57,497 nt of DNA, from the IMG/VR virus record IMGVR_UViG_3300016474_000496, positions 1 through 57,497 of that record; one strand, given 5' to 3'. Numbering within the stretch: position 1 is the stretch's first letter; every line of letters starts with the position of its first letter. The notes beneath the pieces are model-generated. The model did not search any database and was not told where the DNA came from. It was given only the letters and a program-made list of their open reading frames with translations. Origin of the DNA: a virus. Taxonomy: Duplodnaviria; Caudoviricetes. Positions 44,479 to 53,720 of this stretch are shown here, piece after piece. Both the position numbers and the translations under genes were made by a program.

Positions 44479-45849
44479 TCAGGGACTGGTGTAGCCGGAG
44501 TATATTGACGGTGCGGGGAGTTGCTGCCCAGCAGCTAGCGCACCATACCCTTGGGCTTGAGAAACTGCGCGTTCTTTCATTTTATCGTAAGCTAGCAACG
44601 CCAGCGGCGACATAACTGCTAATAATGTTGAAGGTACGCGGGTTACTGGAAACGGAAACAACGAAAGTGCTGAGCTCCCGGCTCCGACGCTCGCGAGGAT
44701 GCCGCCCGGAACGTCACCTTCTGAGAATCGGCTGTACGCCTGCTGCCCGAGATCGGCCATTCCTAAACCTGCTAGCGCACCAGCTGTTCCGGGAAACGCC
44801 CTGTACCCAATATTTACTCCGCGTGAGAGTGCCTGCGCACCACGTGACAACGGTGAAGGCTGACGGGGTTGAGGCGGTTCTGGCGGCGGTGGGGGTGTGG
44901 GGGCTGTGCCTTGAGGCGGCGGAATATCCGCATAGACCTGACTCGAAGGTAGCAAGACCCCTGAAGGTGTCGAGGTTAGGCCTGGGGCTTTCGCGAGCAG
45001 GGACTTTGCGTCACCCGTTACAACCCCTTGACGCTTAAGCTGCTCGATGACTTTGGCCTGCTCATTAGCGGCGGCAGCCTGCTGAGAGGTGCCTACGTTA
45101 TAGGTCTGTTGCCTTGCACGACCTGTAGCCCCTGCGTCCGTGGTGCCTTGCATCTGCCGGGTATGCATCGGGTCCGTAGGTATCGGGGCCGGAGGAGTGG
45201 CCGCTGGTTGAACCGCTGGGGCAACGGGTTGAGCCGAACTCCGTAGCAAGTCGGTTGCGGCTTGTGCTACCCGTTCTCTACCTCTTTCGGTGAACCGGCT
45301 CGCCTGTGAACCTAAAGCAGCCCCCGCAGCGTCAATCGCGACGCGACTAGCAGTAGGATACTCTTCATAGATTTTTCCAGGGAGCGCTTTGATCTCTTCA
45401 GTTAGTTTATCCCTGCGCTGTTGATCGGTGAGCTGACCGCTAGTTTCTTCTGTGCTCGGACTTGAAGGTGCGGCTGCTGGGGGCTTTCCCCACGTGCCGC
45501 TCTCAAACTGTGCTACGGCGTCGGCTATTTTTTCGGCTGAGTCTTTAGGGAAAGGAGCATTAGTACTTTCAAGACCTAACGACCCGGCGAGCCAAATTTT
45601 GTAGTTGTCTTGGGCTTCCTGCGGGTTCTCGTTACCGCGTGGGGCGTAACGCTCGATGAACTTATCGGGGCTGTTCAAACCACGCTTGAGCTTGATTTCA
45701 ATATCGTTGATGAGTGCCCGGCGTCCGTAGTCTTTGTTTTCAAAGATAGCGAACCCGTTCTCATCAACGCCTATCTGGCCGTCATATTTTACCCCCGCCG
45801 GTGGGCGCAAATTACCTGGATTATTGTTGTACTCAGCCAACGTACTCAT
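44479..45849 (-). CDS. putative ejection protein with N-terminal lysozyme-like NNPGN domain
   Basis: NNNPGNLR...GFAIF...GRRAL...YAP..NENP; P/A/Q-rich linker; hydrophobic C-terminus. Confidence 0.6.
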   Translation of the reverse strand: MSTLAEYNNNPGNLRPPAGVKYDGQIGVDENGFAIFENKDYGRRALINDIEIKLKRGLNSPDKFIERYAPRGNENPQEAQDNYKIWLAGSLGLESTNAPFPKDSAEKIADAVAQFESGTWGKPPAAAPSSPSTEETSGQLTDQQRRDKLTEEIKALPGKIYEEYPTASRVAIDAAGAALGSQASRFTERGRERVAQAATDLLRSSAQPVAPAVQPAATPPAPIPTDPMHTRQMQGTTDAGATGRARQQTYNVGTSQQAAAANEQAKVIEQLKRQGVVTGDAKSLLAKAPGLTSTPSGVLLPSSQVYADIPPPQGTAPTPPPPPEPPQPRQPSPLSRGAQALSRGVNIGYRAFPGTAGALAGLGMADLGQQAYSRFSEGDVPGGILASVGAGSSALSLFPFPVTRVPSTLLAVMSPLALLAYDKMKERAVSQAQGYGALAAGQQLPAPSIYSGYTSP

Positions 45850-45861
45850 CGGTGAGGCTCC

Positions 45862-47481
45862 TTACTTTTTCTTCTGGACATACGAGCCGTTGGGCTGCAG
45901 AACCCAGACGCTACCGTCAGGCATAGTGCGTTCGGCGGGTCTGGAGCCGGCAGCCGGACGACCGCCCGCTGGTGCGCCGCTGGCGGCAGGCTGAAAGTTT
46001 ATGATCGAATCGCGAACGGTCTGAATACCGTCATCATATTCTTTGACCGCTGCCTTGTACTCATCGGTGTCTTTGAAATCTCGAACGCTGATACCGCGTT
46101 TCTGCGCAGCGCGGAAAACGTCAGCCGCCTTGCGGTCAAACTCAGAGCGCAACTTGATCATCTGAGCCTTGGCGACTATACCTTCTGGGGTGTCTTTTAT
46201 TGACCCACCCAGCTGGCGAACCACCTCAGCTTCCATGTTTGAGACACTACCCTCATTTTTGTAAAACAATTTTCTAAAATTCAGTTCAAGCGTAGTTGAC
46301 GCGGCGGAAGCAAGCTCAGCAGCACGTATCTCAGCAGGCGAGCGGGTTGCGGTCCGGATAGCCTGCTCGATCGACGGAATACCGATGTTGTATGAGCCAA
46401 CGCGTAACGTGTTTTCACCCAGCTGCCCTAACGCACCGAGGAACCCCGACTGAGCAAGGATACCGAACGTGCCTTTAGTCTTCGGATTTGTAGCTAATTG
46501 AATGAGTGTATCAGCGCTACGAATCAGATCGGGCGCAACCTTAGCATCCGAGTAAATTGCTTCTTCATTCTTTACGTCAACTTTAGCACGTTCTCTAGCT
46601 CGCTCGCCAGAGGCCTCGATATCCTCTTTAGTTTGCCGACCTCTAACAAAATTTCGCACCGCCTGATCGCGAGCCTCACCGGTCAGGTTACCCACCCTAC
46701 CGATCAGTTCTCGGTATTCGCTGGGAGTCATCAAAAACTGGCCTTCAACGCCGGGTAACGTATAAGGTTTCTGCTCTTCCGCACCCGTGAACACTACTTC
46801 TCTTGTGCGGGTATCGACGAGATTACCACCCACCACCATGAGGTTTTCACGATCGTCTTTGCGCAAATTTAAAACAAACTTCGCCAGTGCCTGAACCCGT
46901 GGGTTGTTACTTATAGCCATCGCACTCAGCTGAGGGCCAGTGAGTTGATCGAGCGTAGAGCCTTCCTGAAGGCCTCGTACGGGAGCAGCGGTCGCCTGAG
47001 CCTCAGCGGGTTTCGGCGCTAACGGCGCACCCGCAATCGGCTCAGCCGCAGGGGCTCCTTCAACCGGGGCTGCGGGGGGTGTTGCGCCTTCAGCCGCCGG
47101 CGTAGCCGCTGGGGTGGTCGGGGTCGGTTTGAGCAGTCCGCGCAGCATTTGCTCATCGCGGGAGGCCTGCTGAGCGCCGAGCTTAGACGCCGCGAGATCG
47201 CGACGCATAGCAATGTTCTCCAGCATGCGTTTTTCTTCGGCCTGCTGCGCGGGGACGACTTGGGAAGCTACATTACCGAGCGCCTCGCCAAACTTACCCG
47301 TCTTGGTTGGGGCTAGGAACCCTTGCGCCATCGCGAGCAGCACCGGGTCAAACAACTGCTGCCGGTTAGTTAAGGCTTTCTCAAGCTCGTCCTGAATACG
47401 TAAAAAATCATCAAGACTTTTCTTTTCACCGGGCGTCTCGGTGTAGTAAGAAACGGGCAAAGCGCCTTTGGAAGTAGTCAT
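45862..47481 (-). CDS. putative internal virion/ejection protein (539 aa)
   Basis: LAMAQGFLAPTKTGKFGEALG, helical body, GSVSNMEA; lies in the ejection block. Confidence 0.55.
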   Translation of the reverse strand: MTTSKGALPVSYYTETPGEKKSLDDFLRIQDELEKALTNRQQLFDPVLLAMAQGFLAPTKTGKFGEALGNVASQVVPAQQAEEKRMLENIAMRRDLAASKLGAQQASRDEQMLRGLLKPTPTTPAATPAAEGATPPAAPVEGAPAAEPIAGAPLAPKPAEAQATAAPVRGLQEGSTLDQLTGPQLSAMAISNNPRVQALAKFVLNLRKDDRENLMVVGGNLVDTRTREVVFTGAEEQKPYTLPGVEGQFLMTPSEYRELIGRVGNLTGEARDQAVRNFVRGRQTKEDIEASGERARERAKVDVKNEEAIYSDAKVAPDLIRSADTLIQLATNPKTKGTFGILAQSGFLGALGQLGENTLRVGSYNIGIPSIEQAIRTATRSPAEIRAAELASAASTTLELNFRKLFYKNEGSVSNMEAEVVRQLGGSIKDTPEGIVAKAQMIKLRSEFDRKAADVFRAAQKRGISVRDFKDTDEYKAAVKEYDDGIQTVRDSIINFQPAASGAPAGGRPAAGSRPAERTMPDGSVWVLQPNGSYVQKKK

Positions 47482-47483
47482 TA

Positions 47484-48551
47484 TTAGCCGCCCCCTTTAT
47501 TCCACCAATCAACCCAGCTGCCTGTATCACCACTGTCGCTACCGCCGCTAAAGATTTTCTCAATAACGCCAATAATTTTATCACCCACGCCTTTTCCGCC
47601 AGCCGGAAATGCCGCCCCGACCAAGGTCCCAAGTCCGGCGATCTGCTGCAACGGTGAGGGGGCGAAAGTTGTTGGAAGCGTTTCAGCGGTTTCAGTTGAG
47701 GTCGTCGGGTACGTGTAACCGCGCATAATTTCAGCCACGTTCAAAGCTCGCTTGAGCGGTGCTTCTATCTGAGACTGATCGTAAGCCAGTTTCGCAGCCC
47801 CTACGTCACTCAAAGTCTTCAACCCCGAAGTTGCGGCCTCTTGTTCCTGAGCACCTAAACCTGTGAGAGCACTCGTGGCGGTTGCTAATTGACCTTGCTG
47901 TTTGAGTGCAGCGTCTAGTGCGGTTTGAAAACCTTTCGACCGAGCAGCGGTTTGTTGCGCCTGAAGATTAGCCGCGATATCTGCAAGCGCTTGACCGCTA
48001 ATGTTTCCAGTGCGACTGCTCCCTAACGCTCCACCCATGCCGCTTACGCCCAACGCTTTGAGCGCGGGCAACACGTTCCGCTGAACGTTGATATCAGACT
48101 GCTCCTGCATCTTGTCAATGACCTGTTGTTGAAACGGATCATAAAACGACCGTAGCTCGTCTGAGAAAACGGGTTTCCCCTCTTCGTCATACGTAAGTCC
48201 GATGTTCTTAGAAGCTGCTTTTCCCGCCGTAAGAGCTTGATCTAAAGCGCTCTGATAACGCGTCAAATCTGAAAGACCCGGTAAGTTCGCATCAGCTTCC
48301 GGGGTCATAAGAGTTTTATAAAAATCGGGAAGGTCTGCAATCAACTCTTTACCGGTAAACGATTTAAACGTCGGGTCGGTGCCCGGCGTTGTATCAGTTG
48401 CCGAAGTGCCGGGAGTTGTGGTGCCCAATGCACCTATTCCGGCCTGAGACAGCGCGGTGAGATAATTTGTAAGATACTCCGGCGCTTTTGTGGTTGAGGT
48501 CTTAGTTAGTTCGACGGGTTCTGGGGCGGAACCTTCAAATAATCCGGACAT
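47484..48551 (-). CDS. putative ejection (DNA pilot-like) protein
   Basis: APEYLTNY, FYDPFQQQVID, Q/A-rich helices, C-terminal SPLQQIAGLG. Confidence 0.55.
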   Translation of the reverse strand: MSGLFEGSAPEPVELTKTSTTKAPEYLTNYLTALSQAGIGALGTTTPGTSATDTTPGTDPTFKSFTGKELIADLPDFYKTLMTPEADANLPGLSDLTRYQSALDQALTAGKAASKNIGLTYDEEGKPVFSDELRSFYDPFQQQVIDKMQEQSDINVQRNVLPALKALGVSGMGGALGSSRTGNISGQALADIAANLQAQQTAARSKGFQTALDAALKQQGQLATATSALTGLGAQEQEAATSGLKTLSDVGAAKLAYDQSQIEAPLKRALNVAEIMRGYTYPTTSTETAETLPTTFAPSPLQQIAGLGTLVGAAFPAGGKGVGDKIIGVIEKIFSGGSDSGDTGSWVDWWNKGGG

Positions 48552-48552
48552 G

Positions 48553-51500
48553 TTATTTGCCTTTCTTCAGGTAGTCGAGCGGGCTTTTGTGAGCCGGCGG
48601 AGGCAGATCTTTCGGGTGCTTTGAGCGAGCACGGTGCCTGATCTCATGCATCATCTTATACAATTTTTCAGTTCCGGCTTTAGTTGAGCCGTTTCCAAGG
48701 GCACTGACAACGTCCGCCGGAAACACGAACTCCCCGTCAGCAAGCCACGCCGGAATATCGTCTGATTGCCCGTCACCGGGGCCGGCCACATGCTTACCGT
48801 CACGGAAGTCTTCACGAGCGTGCCCACCTTTGGCGTACATCATTTGAATGTTCAGCGGGGATACTTTTCCGCCGGTTCTGAACATTGGAACGTAATCAGA
48901 TTCATTATAGCTTGAAGATTCTTGATCGGACAAGCCCAGAACTTCATCAATTGAGGGCTCTTGACCATAGGCATAATAGGGCATAGCACCACGCTCCGTT
49001 AAAACATTGGCTAGTTCGGGTTGTATCTGTTTAAGCAGGTCTTGCTGCTCGTTGGCTTGCTGAAGCGCTTGAAATTCGGCAAGTGGGTCAACATAAGCAC
49101 CGCGCTCTTTAGACTTCAAAAACTGCGGACCTAACCAATCAACCGCAGCCGCCGCACCCGCCATCGCGGGCATCATGATAGCAGAACTGCTGCCCGATTG
49201 AGAAGTCTTTGGTTTTGTTTCTTTCGGCGTTTCAGGCTTGACTTCTGGTTTAACAGGCTCAAGAGGCACAACGATATCGACTTTCGGAGGGTCGCCAACG
49301 TCAAGATCATCAAAAACAGTTTCCTGACCTTCAGGGTCCGTAAAAGTACACCTGGTCTCTCCGCCAGGCTTCCACTCTACAGTCACTTTGGTGTTTGTAG
49401 TTGTATCCGTAACAACCTGCGTCGTGACGTTTGTGGTAGGGTCAACTGTAACGTCTGTTGTGCGAGTGCCATCAACTGTCGTTTGAGTGGTCACACCTGT
49501 GCTTGTATCGCTTGTAACCGTAGTGGTCGTGCTACCAACGGTCGTTACTTGCGAAGTGACGTTGTTATTAGTCGTAGTGGTCGTTGCCGTATTAGTTGTG
49601 CTGTTAACTGTAGTCTGGCTCGTTACGTTTGTCGTCACATCGGTTGCGGTTGTGGATGTGACGTTGTTGTTTGTTGTGCTATTTGCCGTGATGTTTGAGT
49701 TTGCATTTGCGGCCGCCGCGATAGCCGTGTTAGTGTCTGTGCCAGCAGCAATCGCAGCCGTAATCGATGATGCTGTAGCAACCGAGGCGTTAGCCCCTGC
49801 ATCGGTGGCTGCGGTCACAGCGGAGCTAACAGCAGTACTTGCGTCAACGCCGCTTGCGATTGCTGTTGATACGGCCGTGCTCGTTGAGCCTGCGACAACC
49901 GCTGTCGCATTTGCACCATTTTGCGTAGCCGTCGAGACGGCTGCGGTTACTGAGGATGCAATAACAGTCGAGGCGTCAGCACCGCTTTCAATTCCGGTCT
50001 TGACTGAAGATCCAACGGTCGATGAGACCGTCACCGAAGCATTAACACCGTTATTGAGCGATGCGGTAACGGAGTCTGCAACAATCGTGCTGACGGCTGT
50101 TGAGGTGTCCGCGCCGCTACTTAGTGCGGTCGAAAGACCCGTATCAATTGACGCAGTGATAACGGCTGACATGTCACCGCCAGACTTGGCGGCTGCGTCA
50201 ATTACGGTTGAAACCGCTGCGCCAGGGGCGAGACCATTATTGATTGCAGCCGTAACAGAACCCGATGAGGCTTGGGTTATGTCGCCAGTCTGAGCGAGCG
50301 TGTTATTGAATGAGGCTTGAACGCCTGAGCCAATCGACGTTGATGCGGCCTGATCGAGCGTATCAAGCTTTGTGCCTTGCATGGACCCTGCCGTAACGCC
50401 ACCATACAAAGCACCGCCTGTCATGTTAGTGAGCGCATTTGCAGCATCAATAGGTCTACCCAACGCCAAATCAATCGACCCGGCAATACTGCCTTCCTCG
50501 AGAACTTCCTGTGCTGACTCTTTCAGCGTGGTCTTGCCAACTTGAGATACGCCACTTGCCGCCTCATCAGCCTGGCTGCCAAAGACCTTGCCTGCCACCT
50601 TGCCTAAGCCAGCAGCACCGCCTGCAAGGGCTACGGTGACGCCAGCAGCTGTACCGGCAGCTTTCTGGGCGGCCAAGTGCGCATCCTCCTTTGAAGCGCC
50701 TTTGGCAATCTGTGACTCATATTCTGTGTTGTAAGCAGCGCCACCATTTTCTAAGGCCGAGGCAACGGTCTCTTTGACAAGGAAGCTGCCGGGGAACTTA
50801 ACTGTTGCAAGTTGCAATACTTCTTCAACAACCTCACTACCAACAGTAGCGCCAAATGCTTTTGGATTCTTAAAAGCCGTTGATACAAGATCGCCAACAT
50901 TAGTTGCAAACTCTTTAATTCCAGAGGAGTCGCCAACTTTTTGGATAGCCGCATTGATGTCCTTCTTTCCCTGCGTGATGTCAGCGCCTTCTGCTGCAGT
51001 AGCGGCAGCAGCAATTTGATTGGCCTTATCAAGAACTGTCCTGCCCGCATCTGTAAAACCTAGTGCGCTTAATACGCCAGCGATGGAGTTAGCCCCGAAG
51101 CTTGCTACGCCTTGCGCAGCAACACTGCCAAGCACTGAGTCAACCCTGGGCTTTTCCATTGTGACCGGGCCTGTGGTCGGTGGAAGGTCCTTGCCAGCAC
51201 TATTGACTGATGCTGGCGTAATGAGGGTTCCTGACTTGCCTTCACTGATTAGCGCATTAACGGCATTGACATACTTGGCGTAATCCGCATCACTTGTACC
51301 GCCGCCAGCCTGAATAAAGGCTGCACGGTTATGCATACCGTTGGGTGCGACATACGGGACTTCAGTTGATGGCTTGCTTGCTGCACCTGATAAGTCAGGT
51401 CTTTCTGCTGCCGTAGCGGTGCTATAAGTTTTGCCTTGCCAAGTAAACGTTGCATCAGCGCCAAGCTTTTCACGCGCTAAGGCGTAGGCCTCATTGAAAT

Positions 51501-53472
51501 TGCTCTTGCCTGCGATCTCACCCCTGATATCGGGCAGGTTCTCAGCGCGAACTTGAGCCTGCTCGCCGGAGGTTAATTTGCTACCTTCAAGAACACCTCG
51601 ACCTCGAGTGACAAGTTCGTTGATTTGCGCGTCGTTATAGCCAGCAGAAGTTAGAGCGCTGCGTAGCTGGTCTTCAGAGCCTTTACCTTGCGTGAAGCTT
51701 TGATATGCAGACTGAACGCTCAGTTTGTTTTCTAACTTAATCGCATTCTGGGCATCAATACCGTTCAATAGTTCATTGGCTCGATCTGATGTGAAGCCAG
51801 CCGCCACAAGTTCTTGTGTGGCCGTATCTCGATCAAGCTGAGGCGTTCCAAATTCTGGATCAATCTTTGAGTAGCGGCTCATCACATCAGCGCCGACGCG
51901 GTTCATATTGATCCGCTGATCTGCCTGTTGTGCGTAACCTTCAGCTTGATCTGCCGTGAAGCCAAGGTTTTTCAATTGACTAACAAGACCTTCACGGCTT
52001 AAGTCATTGCCTGGTCCCAGGTAATCTGACAGGGTTTGATTGGCAGCGTTTTGCCGTTGCAGCAGTGCAATCTGCTCATCTTCAGCACTTAACCCAAGTG
52101 GTGAGGCGTTGGCCTCAAGAAACGCAGCGCGGTCTTGCGGACTCATACCCGAGGTTGAGCCTTGGGCTAATGAGCCTAATACACCGGACTGCAAAAGCGA
52201 CGTGGTTGCACCTGTTAAGTTACCCTGCGCAGCTTGATAGCCTGCATTGAGCAGTCGTCCAGCAGTAGCCTTATCAAGGCCCGTTTCAGCCGCAATAACG
52301 TCTGAGGCTGCGCTCATGCCCACGCTCGTTACGAGCGCCATCGGGTCAATCTTGCCTGTATTAATAAGTTGCGACAGAATATTCTTGCCTGCTGCAGCAA
52401 ACTCGGCTGGCAATAACGCTCCCAATGAGTTAGCAGCCGCGTTAACGCCGCCAGTCAATACCGTGGTTTTGATCGCATCCATTGGATCAACACCGCGAAG
52501 CAATTGAGCGCCAAGATTCAGTGCTCCGCTACCCAATGTGGCCGCACTTGCGCCTGTTAAAGCGCCGCCAGACAACGTACCACCTAAAGCTTCTGCAAAA
52601 CCCGACCCGCCAGCGGCTGTAAGCAGCATTGGCAAGACGCCTTCAATCAAAAACTCTTTGAAAAATGGCGTCTCTTTTGGTACGGTATAAGACTTAGCTT
52701 CGCCAACGGGTATTAACTTTCCGTCTTTCATCATGTAGGCTTGAGCAACGCGATTCTGGCCTGCGTAGTCACCACCTGGCGCACCACCCACATAAAACAA
52801 CACATTGCCCGATGCTATGTCTTGAGCATTTGCTTGAATGGGCGTGAGCTTGCCGTTCTCAACTTTAAAGGTCTCAACAAATGTGCCGTTGTAACGATCG
52901 CTTGAGCCAGGCTTAAAAAATGCCTGCTGGATATTTGGGTCCGCAGCCATGAGAAAGTTCTCAGCCGCTGTTGTATTTGCTCTAAAATCAACGCTTGGTT
53001 TTACACCTGTTGTTAGCTCGGTTTCGCCTGACAAATGATCAGTTGGGGAAGTTAGCTTTCCAGCCACCAGCGTATGTTTGCCAGTGGCTGGGTCAAACAC
53101 ATACCGACCGGCATTAGGATCTGCTATGTAGCGTGATGAAGCGGGATCATTTGGATTGTAACGGTCTTCGGTGTAAGTGATTTCTGTAGCAGGTGCTGTA
53201 CTTACGCCGCTGGCTAATGACCCTAAAGCGGTAGCGCCAGGAACACCCCCAGGAGGGGCACCCATATTATCATTAGTTGGGTAATAATCAGCCAGTGACT
53301 TACCTGTGGCTCTGCGAATATCCTCGTCTGATACCCCATACTCGGACATTGCAGCACGCGTAGCTTCTTCAGTAGGTGCGCCCGCAAAAAACTTGCGGAT
53401 GTTCTCATTCATGGCATCTAAGCCAATACCGCCTTCACCCGTTGCGTATTGATAAGCGGTTGATGTGCTCAT
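48553..53472 (-). CDS. giant putative ejection protein (~1639 aa)
   Basis: A/G-rich hydrophobic helices, T/S/V-rich stalk, C-terminal YAKGG and GPGDGQSDDIPAWLADGEFV. Confidence 0.6.
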   Translation of the reverse strand: MSTSTAYQYATGEGGIGLDAMNENIRKFFAGAPTEEATRAAMSEYGVSDEDIRRATGKSLADYYPTNDNMGAPPGGVPGATALGSLASGVSTAPATEITYTEDRYNPNDPASSRYIADPNAGRYVFDPATGKHTLVAGKLTSPTDHLSGETELTTGVKPSVDFRANTTAAENFLMAADPNIQQAFFKPGSSDRYNGTFVETFKVENGKLTPIQANAQDIASGNVLFYVGGAPGGDYAGQNRVAQAYMMKDGKLIPVGEAKSYTVPKETPFFKEFLIEGVLPMLLTAAGGSGFAEALGGTLSGGALTGASAATLGSGALNLGAQLLRGVDPMDAIKTTVLTGGVNAAANSLGALLPAEFAAAGKNILSQLINTGKIDPMALVTSVGMSAASDVIAAETGLDKATAGRLLNAGYQAAQGNLTGATTSLLQSGVLGSLAQGSTSGMSPQDRAAFLEANASPLGLSAEDEQIALLQRQNAANQTLSDYLGPGNDLSREGLVSQLKNLGFTADQAEGYAQQADQRINMNRVGADVMSRYSKIDPEFGTPQLDRDTATQELVAAGFTSDRANELLNGIDAQNAIKLENKLSVQSAYQSFTQGKGSEDQLRSALTSAGYNDAQINELVTRGRGVLEGSKLTSGEQAQVRAENLPDIRGEIAGKSNFNEAYALAREKLGADATFTWQGKTYSTATAAERPDLSGAASKPSTEVPYVAPNGMHNRAAFIQAGGGTSDADYAKYVNAVNALISEGKSGTLITPASVNSAGKDLPPTTGPVTMEKPRVDSVLGSVAAQGVASFGANSIAGVLSALGFTDAGRTVLDKANQIAAAATAAEGADITQGKKDINAAIQKVGDSSGIKEFATNVGDLVSTAFKNPKAFGATVGSEVVEEVLQLATVKFPGSFLVKETVASALENGGAAYNTEYESQIAKGASKEDAHLAAQKAAGTAAGVTVALAGGAAGLGKVAGKVFGSQADEAASGVSQVGKTTLKESAQEVLEEGSIAGSIDLALGRPIDAANALTNMTGGALYGGVTAGSMQGTKLDTLDQAASTSIGSGVQASFNNTLAQTGDITQASSGSVTAAINNGLAPGAAVSTVIDAAAKSGGDMSAVITASIDTGLSTALSSGADTSTAVSTIVADSVTASLNNGVNASVTVSSTVGSSVKTGIESGADASTVIASSVTAAVSTATQNGANATAVVAGSTSTAVSTAIASGVDASTAVSSAVTAATDAGANASVATASSITAAIAAGTDTNTAIAAAANANSNITANSTTNNNVTSTTATDVTTNVTSQTTVNSTTNTATTTTTNNNVTSQVTTVGSTTTTVTSDTSTGVTTQTTVDGTRTTDVTVDPTTNVTTQVVTDTTTNTKVTVEWKPGGETRCTFTDPEGQETVFDDLDVGDPPKVDIVVPLEPVKPEVKPETPKETKPKTSQSGSSSAIMMPAMAGAAAAVDWLGPQFLKSKERGAYVDPLAEFQALQQANEQQDLLKQIQPELANVLTERGAMPYYAYGQEPSIDEVLGLSDQESSSYNESDYVPMFRTGGKVSPLNIQMMYAKGGHAREDFRDGKHVAGPGDGQSDDIPAWLADGEFVFPADVVSALGNGSTKAGTEKLYKMMHEIRHRARSKHPKDLPPPAHKSPLDYLKKGK

Positions 53473-53720
53473 TAGATTGCCCTCGGGTTTACGGCACCGA
53501 CTAATGCGGCGGCCCATTCTTGCCAGTCGTTAAACTGATAAGGCTCGGGTATAGCCTCATTAGCAAATACGTCAATAGCCTTTAACCCCGCGCCCCATGA
53601 CTTCCAATCAGTATCAACCGTTGGGATCTGAAGCTGTTGCGCAGCATAAGCCTCAACCATCAACGCTGCCCAAGACTCAAAGCTGTGATAACGCGGATCA
53701 TAAGCCAACGGAACGGTCAT
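53472..53720 (-). CDS. Trp-rich small tail-region protein
   Basis: YDPRY.SFESWA...WKSWGAGL...PEPYQFNDWQEWA; overlaps neighbouring genes. Confidence 0.6.
   Translation of the reverse strand: MTVPLAYDPRYHSFESWAALMVEAYAAQQLQIPTVDTDWKSWGAGLKAIDVFANEAIPEPYQFNDWQEWAAALVGAVNPRAI

Noticed and set aside
49487-50293. 268-aa antisense ORF rich in Val/Ala/Thr
   Set aside because: Mirror of the Thr/Ala/Ser-rich repeat in the giant protein; such codons give stop-free reverse frames.
48553-53472. Tape measure protein of a long-tailed phage
   Set aside because: No tail tube, sheath, tail-chaperone frameshift pair or baseplate genes; it follows nozzle genes as ejection proteins do.
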